DNA of 64,000 bases, taken from contig RHPI01003729.1 of the NCBI GenBank assembly GCA_009103225.1, forward strand, positions 1-64,000, in the 5' to 3' direction. The DNA comes from Chlorokybus atmophyticus. Lineage: Eukaryota > Plantae > Mesostigma and Chlorokybus algae. The position numbers and the translations under genes were made by a program. The notes below the pieces were generated by a model. It did no database searches and was not told where the DNA came from. It saw only the letters and a program-made list of their open reading frames with translations. Below are positions 10,601-24,334 of this stretch, one piece after another. Within the stretch, counting starts at the first letter, position 1. Each line of letters begins with the position of its first letter.

Positions 10601-11828
10601 ATGAAGTACAGCTCAGGTTGGGAACGGATGTTTTAGCAGACGGATCTACGGGGTTTTGCCGGCGTCGCCGTTGTCGCTCTGTGGCCTTCCAATCCCATCT
10701 GCGTGTCGTTTTGTGTGTCGATCGCAAGAATTGTTGTTGTGAGTTACCCTCAGGTCTTATCGCAGCTCTTCCGCTGCGGTGGTTGCGGGTTTTCTGCCGA
10801 AGGCGTCGTAGTTGTAGACAAGGCACGCATACATCGAAAAGAGACAATGCATGATGTCTTGTGCACTCGCATGCGTTGCTGCAATAGAGTTGGGTTTTTC
10901 TTTACAGACGCTGCATGCGTGGTAAGAGATCAATTACGCTAGTGCAGGATTTGTAACGTAGTGGCTGGCTGACTTGCTTTTATACTTCTCCTCATCAACA
11001 TTAGCATATCACGTTGCCGTGGAAACCTCCCCTAGTATGCTCTGCGCATGTACTTTGCGTGGTTTATGCTTTCATGTTCATATGGTGTCATAGGGTTTCA
11101 TTGCAAGTAGAATGCGGGCTACATGTTGTTGACGTTGTTGTTAACAGCACGTGGCGTTGCGTGTTGTAACTTGTGTCCTCCCAAGTCGGCACGTCGCTAG
11201 GTGCTGGAGCCTGTTTGCTTATGTGTTGTCTCTCTGCAGCTGTATCGTCTGCAAGGCGGAAGTCCCGCAAGGCCCACTTCACAGCGCCTTCCCATGAACG
11301 CCGCATTATCATGAGCGCTCCTTTGTCACAAGAGTTGAAGAACAAGCACAATGTGAGTGTGATATATCATCGTCATGTACTATCTGAACAGTTCAGCATG
11401 CCAGCTGCTGCTTTGATCATACAGCCACACGCATGCAGGTGAGGGCTGTGCCGGTGCGCAAGGATGATGAAGTGCAGGTGGTTCGCGGCACATTCAAGGG
11501 CCGAGAAGGAAAGGTTGTTCAGGTGTACCGCCGCAAGTGGGTCATCCACATCGAGCGCATCACAAGAGAGAAGGTCAACGGTAAGTTCAACACAATGGGA
11601 TGGAAGCGAATGTTGTCTGTGGCGATCAGTGTTGGTAAATGACACTCACGTCTTACAGGTGCTACTGTGAATGTTGGTATTCACCCATCCAAGTGCATCA
11701 TCACCAAGCTCAAGATTGACAAGGATCGCAAGGCTCTGCTCGAGCGCAAGAGCAAGGGCCGCGCTGCAGAGAAGGGCAAGGGCAAGTTTACAGAGGCAGA
11801 AGTTGCTGCCATGCAGGATGTCGATTAA
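10601..11828 (+). CDS. RPL26: 60S ribosomal protein L26 (uL24), 4 exons
   Basis: Exons 10601-10616, 11240-11352, 11439-11580, 11659-11828 give [88 protein letters not shown]. Confidence 0.98.
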
Positions 11829-12525
11829 ACTGGACGCCCCCCGCTGCCTTTGGATTCAATCAAATTGTATTCTTTTTGCACATGTGCACGTGGTGTATCT
11901 GATGCCATGGTACATGTCACAGCTTGATGCCATTGCGTGGCCAGTCAGTCTTGGTTGGGGAACCCACAATGCATTGTGCCCAGACAAATGGTTTGCACAC
12001 TGTCCAGGTGTACGAGTGCTTGGAGGCAGTGTCTGTGTTGCGTGATGTGGTGTGCTTGTTGATAAGCCTGCACCATCATCAGCTTCCAATGCCGGGCTGA
12101 AAGCTAAAAATTATATGCATCAGCAGGCTGTGGGTTCGCCTTGTGCTGTTGTGACAAGTGGCTTGCGCTCGAGTCGTATTCATAAAATTGTCATGTTGGC
12201 ACAAGGCGTATCATGGCTGGGACTGCGTAAGCAATGGGGTGCAGCTACGCTGTACTGTAAGCAGTCTATTGGATCAGTGTGTGCAACTATCAAGAGTTCT
12301 AAGGGCACACAGTGCTGCGCATTCAACTGGGCAGGGGAAGGTGAGCGAATATGAGCCGCCAGCAGACACCAAGGAAGCCTTGCATCCTTAAGCGTTGAAC
12401 CACCAACAACTCAACTTGCAGTAGTATTACTGCCGGCCGGCAGGTTTATACAAGACAAGTCTACGTTTGTAGTACATATCAGCTACACGAAACACCCAAT
12501 ATCAATGTCAACTTTCACTACGCTG

Positions 12526-15500
12526 CTACAGCTGCCACCACTTCCTGTTTTCCATTTTGGCTGCGAGTTGCCTGGCAGCATCGGCAAACCCCACGGCGTC
12601 ATTCTGCATCTCCGCAGTCTTAGCGTCCAACGCCTGTAAGTGAAAGAGACAACTCAACTATTACAACTGCACAGGGCCACGCTGCCGGGTCACGCGCCAT
12701 ACTTAGCCGCGCACACAGTGCCAATGACAGCGCAGACCGACACGCACAGCACAGGCACACTCTTGCCTGCAAGCGCTCTCCGCGCTCGTGCAGCCGGTTG
12801 CGCGTCTCCGTGAGGGTGTGACCCAACGCATCCGCTCCATCTGTTTTCCGCGGCCGCCCGTACTTGGCACGTATCGCATCGATGGTGCTCTCGCCGGGGG
12901 AAGCGCCGCTGCTTGAAGCACTGCTCGCGGATGCACCTGCCATCACACATGCACACAGCATACACAGTGTTGGCACTGATACACGCATCAGCAAAAGCTA
13001 CCTTGAGACTATCCTTTGTTGGAAAAGTCAACCTAATGCTGTAACCTTGCCTTGAAGTCAGCTGCGAAGCACGCTTACAAACACGCGCGCATGCACATGG
13101 ATGCGCATGTGCACACACACATAATGCCTTACCTCATCTTCAAGGTGTCATGCACGGGACATTCGAGCAACATGAACCACACAATTGACTCACCCGCGAA
13201 CAACTCAGAACGTTGACTCTTCTCGGGTGGCGTGTGGTAGGGCGAGGTGAATCCTCTTCCACTTGTTGATGGCGAAGGAGTGCCTTCAGCACCAACAGCA
13301 GTGCTGGCTGTCGGCACATGCGATTGTCTGTAAATTGGCCTGCTGAAGATAATCGTGAGCTCGTGATCGCTCAACGGCTGCGGTATGGACGGTGTTGTTG
13401 TTGTTGTTCTCGCGGAACTGTTGGACTTGTCGTGTGGGGTGAAAGGCAACACTTCCTTCAGCGAGTCGATAGCCGTGCCAGCGAAGGATATTGGCACTTG
13501 CGTGGCGTTTGCGAGGCCGTCTTTGACAAGATTGGATGCATCTTTGATCGAGTCCAAAAGACTGAAACCTTTCTTCTTTCCACTGCTCGACTTTAACGTC
13601 GTAGCTGCGTCGATATCGCTGCCACTGGCGCTACCTCCAGAGGCGGATGGGCTGAGCGCAGAGCGGATATCACCACTACCGAGGCTACCACTGCCTCTTA
13701 GAGGAGACATGTGAGTTATATCCGTTCTAGCTGGCGATACCGACACCGCGGGTGATATCGGCTTTGGCGTAGTCTTGAACTTGCGAGCAGCAGCTGCAGC
13801 AACGGCTAAATCGGGATCATGCATAGATGGGAGCGCATCAGGCAATCGAAGTTTATTCTCCCCGGCTAGGAGTGATATCCGCAGTAGCTCCCCGCCATCG
13901 CCGACAAGGACCACCTGCCCGTCGATATCGCAGCAGCAGCTCGGGGAGGAGTGCGCTCCTGCTCTCGATATCGCCAGCTTGCTGCGCCATCCCTCCTGCT
14001 CCGGCAGCGATATCTGCTTCAGCAGGGCTAAATCGGGCAGACGTCTGATAGCCAGCTGACCCGACCTGTCGATATACACCAAACCGGAAGATGTGTCGCA
14101 TGAGAAAGGTGAAGCCCATAGCATTGGTGGTTTGTCCAACAACTCCTTTCTCAGGCTCGCGCGCTCGCCACGAAGCAGAGATATCGGTGAGTAAAGCCTC
14201 ACCGCGTCTTGCGTGCACAACAACAGGTATGCGGGCGCATCCCAACATGTGGATGTGTCATCACCCTCATCCTCATCCTCATCCTCATCCTCCATATCCA
14301 CAACCGTGTCATGCGGTGTGGGCGGCTTTGGTGGTGTGCGTGTGGGTGCTGGCGGGGACGGCGTCGCTGTTGGGTTTGCGTAGAAGGCGTGCAACGCACT
14401 CATTGCGTTGTTTGTTGCTGTTGGTGACGACACTCCCACCTCCGCACCAACTGGTGCAGCTTCACCCTCATGATCATAACCGCGACCACTGCTTGTTGGA
14501 GAAGTTGTACTGTTAATGTCTTTCACCCACGCAAAGGTTGGTTTGGCAACCTTATGGTTGAGATGAGTGCGAACGGGAAGGCCGTGCTCGTCGAGCAGAA
14601 GCATGCACACGGCAACCGACTGCTGCTTGGGGTGCATAACACCTGCGCAAGACATAAAGCTGGAGTTGGAAGAAAAGAAATTGTGATAACAAGGTTGTCC
14701 CGAGTTGCATTGCACATTGCAACATGACCTTCTCTTTGCGCACACGCACAAATGCACGCATGCACACCTGCGCACATCTGTTCGTGGCATACACACACGC
14801 GCGCATATGTACGCGAGTATACACGAACACACACGCGCACATACACATTGAACCACACATGCACACGCGCACACCCACCTGCCCCGAGCACTCTTCCAGT
14901 CGCGCCATCCAGCGCGCACAACGAGCAGTCTCTCCCGGCGACATACACCGAGTACGGCGCCGTGATGTTGGGATGCGGTGAACCCTTCGCTGTAGTTGGC
15001 GTTGGTGTGGAGTCCACCGGCGTGCATCCCGCGATGACCACCGCCAGTACGAGCGAGGGAATGGGCTTTATCGCCCACATCAATTTGGCGTTGATGTAGT
15101 CTATCAACACCACGTGGCCGCTCTCGCAACCCAACGCAATGAAACCTGCACACACGCAAAGATGACAGGTAGACACACAAACGCAGGCACATGCACGCGA
15201 GCGCGCACACACGTATACCCATCCACACGCGTGCGCGCGGGCATGCATGCACAAAAGGGTATGTGAGTGTGTAGTATACTGTAACAACAATAACAGGTGT
15301 GTACCTGATGTGAGGGAGAGGCAAACGGCGGCGGAAGGCAGCGCGAGCACGCGCAGCACGGTCTGCCAGCCCGGGGAGCAGGCTTGAGGGCTCTCACCTC
15401 CCTCCTCGGCTACTATTGTCGCGTGCAGGAGAGAGTCGTCCACCACTATGCTCTGCAATGAAACGTTGTTGTTGTTGTTGTTGCTGTTGTTGTGGTGGTG

Positions 15501-16962
15501 CTGGTGGTGGGTCACATAGCAACAGAGCGCAATGCCCTGTGTTTGACTGCGCACGCACGCACGCACACGCACATACACACACGCGCGCACAACTTACAAC
15601 AGATACAACTTTTACCATGCAGTAACACTATGATCGACATGATACGTTGGGCCACGAGAAACGGTGAAACTGATAACTCAAAACCCCACCTGGCATGCAA
15701 TTGCGCGGGGCCTCTGACTGAATTGAAACAGTCGCGCGTCTCCGCCACGGTACGCGACGACCATGAGGCCCGACTCGGCACACACGTGGAGAGCGCTGAA
15801 CACGCAAACGCCGGTGTTGTGTTGGCGAGGACGTGGGCGCATGCGTGTGCAAGTGCTTGTCCACATGTGCGCACAAGTGTGTGTGTATGTGATTCAGATG
15901 GATGGCGTGTGCGCATGCACCCGCGAATGTGTGTGCGCATTATTGCATATACGAGAGCATGTGTGCGTGTGTGTGTTCACTTGCAAGTGTGTGTGTGTGA
16001 CACAATCTGTTCGCAGTCACAATCATACCTGACAGGCCAAAGGTGTTGGTGTGGTGCGGTCGCATACACCAGCGGCAGCCGCAGCTCGGACGCGTCGTAG
16101 AACTTGACCGACCCGTCCGACAAACCTGGCCAAGGACAGAACACACAGGTCAGGAGTCAATTAAGGTTTGGTAACAAGTGTCGTTGCGAGCAATGCCGCA
16201 TATTCAGGAATGCTCTCACGCGCATGAACACACACGCTCACACACGCGCGTACCAGTTCCTCAAAAGCACGCACACATGTCACATGCACACAAGTACACG
16301 TACACGTACATGACCAAATGCCATGGCATAGCGTGTTACACAATAGCAACAACCCAACCAACCACCCAAACAGCCACTTCAACACCCAACATAACACTGC
16401 GCACGTACAACAAAAACAACAACAATGACCATCACAACAACCACACGCTCTCACCTGTGACCATCACGCTGCGCGGTTCATCGTCCGCGCGCGGCGTTAG
16501 CGCCGGCAGGTCTCCTCCCGTGATTGGCCACACGGAGCCCGACGGTAGCGGGTCGCGCTTCTTGTCCAAACCGCGCTGGGAGCCGCTGTACGCCTGCCGC
16601 GGAGGGGGAAAGAATGTCGGGTGTTGTTGTTGTTGTTGTTGTTGGTGTTGGTGGTGGTGGTGGTACGTGCGCTTGCGCGTATGCGTGTGCGTATGCGCGT
16701 GCGTGCGTGCGTGCGTGCGTGTCTTGCATGTCAACGTGGACACGCACTCGTCCGCGTATGAGGACGTGGACATAAATTAACGTAAGTGTAGCTGTCTGGT
16801 TTTTGTGAACGTTTACGTGTGCCTGTGAATGTGTGTGCGTGTATACATGGTAAATAGTATGTACGCACACACGCACACGCACACGCATACGCACACGCAC
16901 ACGCACGATGTGTGCGTACATATTATTTACCATGCGAGCGTGCGTGCGTGCGTGCGCGTGCG

Positions 16963-17031
<69 letters not shown>

Positions 17032-20000
17032 NNNNNNNNNNNNNNNNNNNNNNNNNNNNNNNNNNNNNNNNNNNNNNNNNNNNNNNNNNNNNNNNNNNNN
17101 NNNNNNNNNNNNNNNNNNNNNNNNNNNNNNNNNNNNNNNNNNNNNNNNNNNNNNNNNNNNNNNNACACCCGCACCCACCCACCCACACCCATACACAACC
17201 ACACCCAACAATCATCCCCAAGCCCCACACCTGCAGCAGACTCCGTGCGTTGACCGCGTTGGCGTCCCCGCCCGTTGTTGCGTACAGCTGCGAGGCGGCG
17301 ACGGCCTGCTCCTGCACGACGGGCACGAGCGGGAGGGGAGGGTGGTCGGCGGCGCCAACGGCGTGAGGGAAGAACTCGTCGTGGACTCTGGGGGGGTGAA
17401 CACGTGTCTGTGCGTGTGTACACAAACACACATACACACATGCACGCACATCAACTTTGCTTTGGAGAGAGAGACTAATCTCACCTCAGCTGGCCGCCGC
17501 TGCTAAGAACTATAACGGACTCGACCGGAGCCAACGCGCTCGCACCTAACAACACCGTATGTTAAGGAGAAGAAGAGAGACACAAGCATGACATCCAGAA
17601 GGTTGAGTTGAATATTAAACAGCCTAGACAGCGTAGCAAGTATGTTGTAGTGTATGAGTGTACAGACTGGTGATTCAATCACACGTACCCAACGGCCGAA
17701 CCAACGCAAAGTCCACAACGTCTCCGTACCAGTGCAGGTCACGCCTATTCCTGCTCCCGTCCAGAGATATAGCCTGCGATATCATACGCACCCCTCATTG
17801 AGAGACAAAACAAAAGAAGCGAGACTCAACTCCCTGCTGAGTCAAGTGTTGTTTTGGCCATCATTGAGCATGAATGCACAGATGTAATGCAGGCACACAT
17901 GGCACATCACTACAACCTACACTCAAGGCTGATGCTAATGTTGTAACAAAACGATCAAGAAAGAACCCAAAAGGGCAACAAAGCATGAGAGTTACTTATC
18001 ACTCACCGACACGCCCTCGGGGTCGTCTTCGCCACGTCCACCCAGCACGTAAAGCCTCCCGCCTGCGCCGTAGTTACGAGCGTGGCCGGCTTGGCCAACC
18101 ATGTCATCATCGTCGTCAACCTCATCGTGATTATATTTATCATCGGCGTCATTGGTATGGCCATCCACTCTCTCCTCCTCGCCGCACCAACCGAGAGCCT
18201 TCACGGGTGCGGCGGTGCCGCTTCCACCCACACGCACGCACTGCGAGGGTGTTGTGTACTGTGTGTATGTTGGTGAGTTACAGCTCAAGTTGTGTTGCAT
18301 TGTGCTGTGTGTTCTCTTGCGTCGAGCTGTGTTCTCTCGTAGCTTGCCATGTTGTGCTGTGTTGCGTTGTGTGTTGTGTGGCGCTGCAGTATGCACACAT
18401 CATGGTTACAGTGAATATCAACGGTTGTGTTGCAATGCAAGTCACACGTTCAAATCGCATGGGTTACTGCAATACAACTGGTTAGTACCTGCAGAGGGAT
18501 AGTTTCGACAGCTGTTGCCATGGTTGTGGAGGAGACTGGTGGCAGCGACCACAGCAGTATCTCACCGTTCTCATAGCCTGCACACACACACAAACAAGGA
18601 ACTTCACACTTGTTTTCCTCTGAGCTCGCAACGGAGATGAGACTGTGATATGAGATGATGCCCCTGTTGGAAACAGCATGTGTACATGTGTGCGCACGTG
18701 CGTGCGTGTGCGCATGTGCGTTCGTGTGCACATGTATATGTTTGTACGTGAATGCACACACATGTTTAGAGAGAGTGGACGATGAAACTTGGGTTTGTAT
18801 GCGTGCGTAAGGGCACATGCGCAGACATGCTTAGACACAGCAGTAGGAGCCCATGTATGCGCACACATACACGCATGCACGCATCTGGGCTGAGCGCGCT
18901 CAAGATGGCACGTGGGTATGCATGTGTGCGCGCGAACACACTCGCGCGCACTTACACACAATAATAATACACATACACAAACGTAGACACTCACGCGGCC
19001 CCCCCACCCCCACCCACAAGCAAAAACAAACTCTCGCCTCACCCGCGGCGCATCTTTCCCCGTCCGCGGCCGCCCAGCACAGCGCCGTCATCGCGGGTCC
19101 TCCCGATCCTCCAACACTCCTCCGTTTTGCCAGCGGGGAACGGCCGGCCACAGCCCACAACACGATCGCGCCGTCCTCCCAACCGATAAGGAGACTGTTT
19201 CAAGGGTACACACATACAACGTGATATCCTTAAGAGTCGGTTTGCATGCAAGGCTTTGTGTGGTGAAGGTTTGGCTTTTCTTGGGGACTCGTTTTGACAC
19301 AAAGGAGGGTGAGTACAACATGTTGGGCCACGCAAGGTTGCCAGTGGTTGGCGTGTTCTGAGAAACTGGCAACCACTCTGGCTGGTGCTCACGATTTTAG
19401 TTGATGTGAAGCAAAATGCATATGTGTGCGCGTGTGCGTGTACCACGTGCACGAACCTGTTTGTGTTCACGCGCCTGTCTATGATAGAATCATTGTGCAA
19501 CTCAGCGTGCGTGCGTGCGTGCGTGTAGCATGACAACAGACACTGCTATGCGGCAAATGACTCATTAGATATAGCAGCGTTGTGGACTTAACACTAGTCA
19601 ATTTATGCTCACCGGCTGTCTTCGGCCAAAGGATGCGGCAGCAACTCCACCACCGCAGGCTCATTCGCCTCCAACAACTCATCTGCCCACACCCACAACA
19701 TGTCACATCACCACACACACACCATATACCCACCCCACCTCCCCCCAACCCCCTCTTCCATACCTCCAACATCGCTTGGCCATATATCATACGCGCACAC
19801 GTGCATGCGACTCTCCCCCATCACCTCCGCCACCACCCGCACCGCGCCGCACTGGTCCCCGACCCACATGTAGCGGCTGCTTCTCACGTTCGACACCGCC
19901 GTGATACTGATGTCGGATCCGTGCGTGCCGGCGGTGGGGCCGATGGAGGCGATGAGCTCGCGGGTTTGGGTGTCCCAGACCTGAGTGTGGTGCGCAAAAT

Positions 20001-21558
20001 CAAGCACACGCCTACCAGACGCGCACATGCTCATGCATGCGCCCCACCACATACACACACATTCACTCCCACACACCGCACCTCCATCTCCCCCTTGTAG
20101 CTCGTCCGCACGAGTCGCGGCGTCCCCGGCACGAACAGCAGCTCCCTCGTCGGGCTCGCGCGCGGGGACACGAGCAACAACTCGATGGAGTTGCCGCCGA
20201 GGAGTTTGATGCGGCCGTCGGAGGTGCCGACCGCCAGGACGCGCTGGGGACATAGAGGACTAGGTGAGGTGAAGTGACACATGTTGTTGTTAACATGATA
20301 GCGCTTCTCCCGCATGCACACACTTTATGTGGGCTTCGAGTGTGTGGGTGTGCACGCGCGCGCACACACAAGAAGTCGCCTTAGCAGCTGTCATGCGGAA
20401 CCACTACACTCATATTGTACTGTACTTGTACTGCAGTCACTCTCACGTGATAGTTCAGTTCCTGCATTCCATGATACTGTTGTGTTTACGCAATTGCCAC
20501 CAAACTGCCACTGTTATCATTAACATGCTTGGCACAACTGTGTGCATCAGATCTTTGCAGTCACAATGAATGCCACTGCAGACTGCAGCAGCGGACACAA
20601 CAACAGCAGCATCAGTAACAAATGTCCCCTCTCTCACTTGAGTTGGGTCGTAGGCGAGAGCGCGCGCGCTGGGAGGCACGCCGTGATGGAACGTCGCGCG
20701 CGGCTGCAGCAAATCTGGCCTCAACGCACCCTCCAACACAGCCTGCTCAAAGCAACACATGAAAGGCAAAAGTGACTTGACCTATTGATACAGACTGTGA
20801 CTCACCAAAGAGATTATTATTATCACGGATGCATTGTCTGCGTTTGAGCGATGTTGGTTGCAACAATCAATTGAAGGTTGCAGAGCTTAAAAACCGAAGA
20901 AAAAAAATAAAATTGAAGTTCTCAACCATGCAGTATAACTATAAAAACACTAGGCACGAAGGAACCTCTGCAAAATCATATTTTTCTTAGCGCAAGGAAG
21001 CAGTTGAAGAAAGCAGTGATGTGACTTGACTGGTTTGAAATGTGTTTGTTATAGTGTGTTAGGTACAGTGTTGGTGACAGTGTGTAGTTTAGAGTGGAGA
21101 GTACAGACAGTGTGATGTGATACAACATGCTGTAGTGTGGTGTAAGACAGCTGTGTGGTGAGTATGTACAGCTGTTAAAGTACTGCATGCATGAGGTCAA
21201 TGCATTGTACAGACCAGGTGATGGTACAAAGGGTAACAAACATGTGACTGAACAAACGAGAAGAAAAGAGACAGAATTGCCAACATGGAGGGAGTTGTAG
21301 TGTGAAGAGTGGAGCTTGACAACTTACAGGCAACCTGCCACCACTTGGCCTATGTTTGTCATGTCATGCATGGCGCATAACCTCTATGCAAGAAAAAGTG
21401 TCGCCCCAGTTCAGCTATCTATAACACATACACAATGTACTCAAAAACATCATACATACAATGCACATCCACACACAGTGTACGCACATCATCGCACCAA
21501 CCTGATCAGCTGATCTCTGCTTGAGCAGCCGTCCAGTAAACCCTTTCAGGCTTTTCAT
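12526..21558 (-). CDS. Tomosyn / lethal giant larvae-like WD40 protein with C-terminal R-SNARE-like motif (about 19 exons)
   Basis: N-terminal [33 protein letters not shown]. C-terminal IDAIRAKYG..ETRNRLHERGERLQALDAKTAEMQNDAVGFADAARQLAAKMENRKWWQL*. One large exon (13194-14642) has Ser/Pro/acidic insertions. The first exon (21558-21502, MKSLKGFTGRLLKQRSADQ) is inferred from phase. Confidence 0.9.
16964..17031. repeat. (TG)n microsatellite running into the assembly gap
   Basis: Uninterrupted TG dinucleotide run of about 68 nt in a tomosyn intron. Confidence 0.97.
17032..17164. other. Assembly gap (133 N)
   Basis: Run of n characters within a tomosyn intron. Confidence 0.99.
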
Positions 21559-24281
21559 CTTCGCTTGCTTTTCAACTAGCAATTATCTGCTTCTCTTTGC
21601 AGCTCTAATGCAAATCAAAATGAAGCGGGCAGTTCTTCTTTCCAAACATCCTTGTTGATGTCATTGTCATCACCTGCTGTGCTCAGGCCAATGCTGAAAC
21701 CATTGGAAAGAAAGGCCAAAAGTATGCTGGGCTGATTGTATTTGTACATGTACAAGACTTGCTGCCCTCCCCAAATTGGGGACCCCAACGCTTGCCAACC
21801 GGCTGCAATACAGGCGTGTGTTGATGGCCACCATTTGTCATGTGCAAGAAGGCGTGCGTCCAAGTGGACATAGCCTCTTTACAAGAATGTCACAATGATG
21901 CCATGGCTCTATGAATAGGAATAAAGCTGGCCTTGTTTAGGCTTAGTTAGAGTAGCTTGAGCCTTCCCTTCCATTTTTACTTGTTTTACATTCTGTCGCT
22001 TTGTACACATTGTACTCATCGTTGAAACGGAGCGTTGCAGAGGTTTGGTAATTTCTACAAGAAGTATGCTATTATTATCAATGAAGTTGAGTTAAATTGC
22101 TGTGTTTTTGCAAGCTAGTCGACCGACCTGATTGTAAAATAACAAGTCAGCTATTCTTATTATCATTACACATGGTAAAGTAGTACATAAACGAGTTCAA
22201 TACTTGTCTATATACAATTTATAAACTTATGATTGTTACTTTTATTATCATGTACTACAAAACAAACACTTGTCGATATAATATAAAAATGAAATACTCC
22301 TCTGTCATGTATCGATAACATATAGTCTTTATGTTTGCATTTTAAATTCATGTTTGCATCAGTTGGTGTTGGCATTAAGCTGGGCAAATAAAAAGGGCCC
22401 TTCGTTTATTGCTTATCTAATAAGCTGAGCTGCTCCAATGAGTTATAAAATTGTAGTGTTTTTTTTTTTTTAAAAATGATGATCTTGTTTTGTCTTTTTT
22501 CTATTAAGTACTCTGTTACTACTTCAACTTGCAGCTTATACAATACAAATGATCATACTTGTTAATGTTGTTATGTATTAACAATCGGATTCATAAGTAA
22601 ACACAAGTTCGTTGGCCATGCATAAAAATATTATAACATATGGCATAAAAAAGCATGTGACTATTAGCACGTGTGCGGTCCATTGGTTGGCAATTAATTG
22701 CGATGTTGCCTTGACCAGAGCGGGTCATTTGCAATGTAACCGAGGCACTTGTACCCGCTATCATGAGTGATGCGATGCATGGCCTCGAGGTTGTCACCCC
22801 ATACACATGTATGACAGAAGTTCAAACTCTCATAATTCTGTACTTAAAGGAACGCTCATGCCATGTTTGTACTTAAATAAGCTTGTTATTTGTGGCTTGT
22901 GCATGTCAATTGCATTCAATAATGCACTCCTTTTAAACCACCATTATTGAAAGCACGTGCACAGTGTGCAATGGTGTCACACTGCGACATTCGCGTTTCA
23001 TAGCTGACTAACATTATACACGCACATCGCAGTCACAGGACAAAAGCACTATTGCGAGGAGAGGAGTTGCAGAGGTGGCGGCAATCTTGGGTTATGCTAG
23101 TGCCAACAAGCGCGCCGACCATTGAGGCGGTGCCAGCAATGTAGTCAGGGATGAGGGCGGAGTGCGTGCAGTTGGAGCGCGATGAGATGTGCATGACATT
23201 ATGCGGCATTAATAGCTGCTGGTGTGGCGTGTATATTTGTATAACATCACAAAGCTTGCAACTGACTTTGCATAGGCATACACGTCATAACCGTTACAAC
23301 ATGCCATGATGGTCACAAGGCAAGGCAATCAGGTGCACGCATACAATCGCTAGTTCAACACGGGCTGGCCCAAGCCCTTAGACAACAAGAAACAAGAGAT
23401 CACCATAAGTGTGCGAGCTTGCCGCTTGTGCACTCCATCACTCACAGCAACTGAGACCCCCGTATTTGACAAGATGTGTTAGCAAGCTAGACTTGCAATG
23501 ATGACACTTATATAAGAAAAAACCAAGTGCACTCGCCTAATTCGTGCACACACAATCCCGCTTCGCATTGTTACTAACGACCACTTATAGAGCAGCTTGC
23601 CAAGCAGCTTCATATATTCTGCTTTCAGCAAGTAAAGGAAAAAATGCTCGCGTAATGTTAGCGCGACCCGCACTGTTCATGCGGCAATCTTATGATGATT
23701 GCGAAAATGAAAATGCCGGCATGATAGATTGGATTCATTATGCTTGATACCGTGAAAGTCGCTTACATGCATGCGCATGTGGTTTATCATGTCATTGATA
23801 GCGCTTAAATTATACCGTACTTTGTGAAGGTCACTTGTAATGACTAATCCAGTAAATGACAATATGCAAGTGGTATTGATGATAAATCAGCTAGACTACT
23901 GTTGGAATTTTTGGACAAATAGCAAGCAATTGTGTAAGTACTTAGGAGCAGAGGACACAAGACCACAGTAGTTACACTCACAGATGCAAGTAAGAATAGC
24001 AATAGCAATATCACAAGCAATGGGCTGGCCCAGGCCCCTCAGCAATGAACAGTTTCAACCAACGCAATCACATAAGCATCCCAATATGACAGATGCAGTA
24101 AAGCACTCGGACACGCACGCACGCAAGCTCACAGCAATCTAGCAATCTATTATGAAAGGCGGGGGCCAGACTAGCTAAGATGCGTGCAACCAAGTGCAAT
24201 GCAAAGCGGGTGGGGAAGGAGGTGGGTAGAGTCAGCACAGCAAGTAACCGACCTGTAGCCATGGGTAGAGGCACGGAAGCA

Positions 24282-24334
24282 GGCAGAAGAGGAGGTAGGC
24301 AGGCACTGGCAGCCTGCCTACCTCCTCCCCTGCC
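24282..24334 (-). ncRNA. Long isolated hairpin; candidate pre-miRNA or structured 5' UTR
   Basis: Perfect 16-bp stem gaggaggtaggcaggc/gcctgcctacctcctc with a 7-nt loop. It extends to 23 bp, and the two extra mismatches become G:U pairs only on the minus strand. Confidence 0.35.

Noticed and set aside
10617-11239. Intronic snoRNA in RPL26 intron 1
   Set aside because: No convincing C/D box pair with a terminal stem, and no H/ACA structure, could be seen by eye.
13129-15324. 731-aa ORF as a stand-alone protein
   Set aside because: It is tomosyn exons read through microsatellite introns (CVCARV-type translation). The real large exon is 13194-14642.
17508-17518. AACTATAACGG, resembling the LSU rRNA I-CeuI site
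   Set aside because: Only 11 nt match, and it lies in a tomosyn exon on the opposite strand with no other rRNA sequence nearby.
14523-19536. Many His/Thr- or Cys/Val-rich ORFs that look like metal-binding proteins
   Set aside because: They are translations of (CA)n/(TG)n/(CGCA)n intronic repeats.
21615-21863. ORF with ALGSPIWG, faintly like a non-LTR RT thumb motif
   Set aside because: A single short motif with no other RT signature; it lies just upstream of the inferred tomosyn start.
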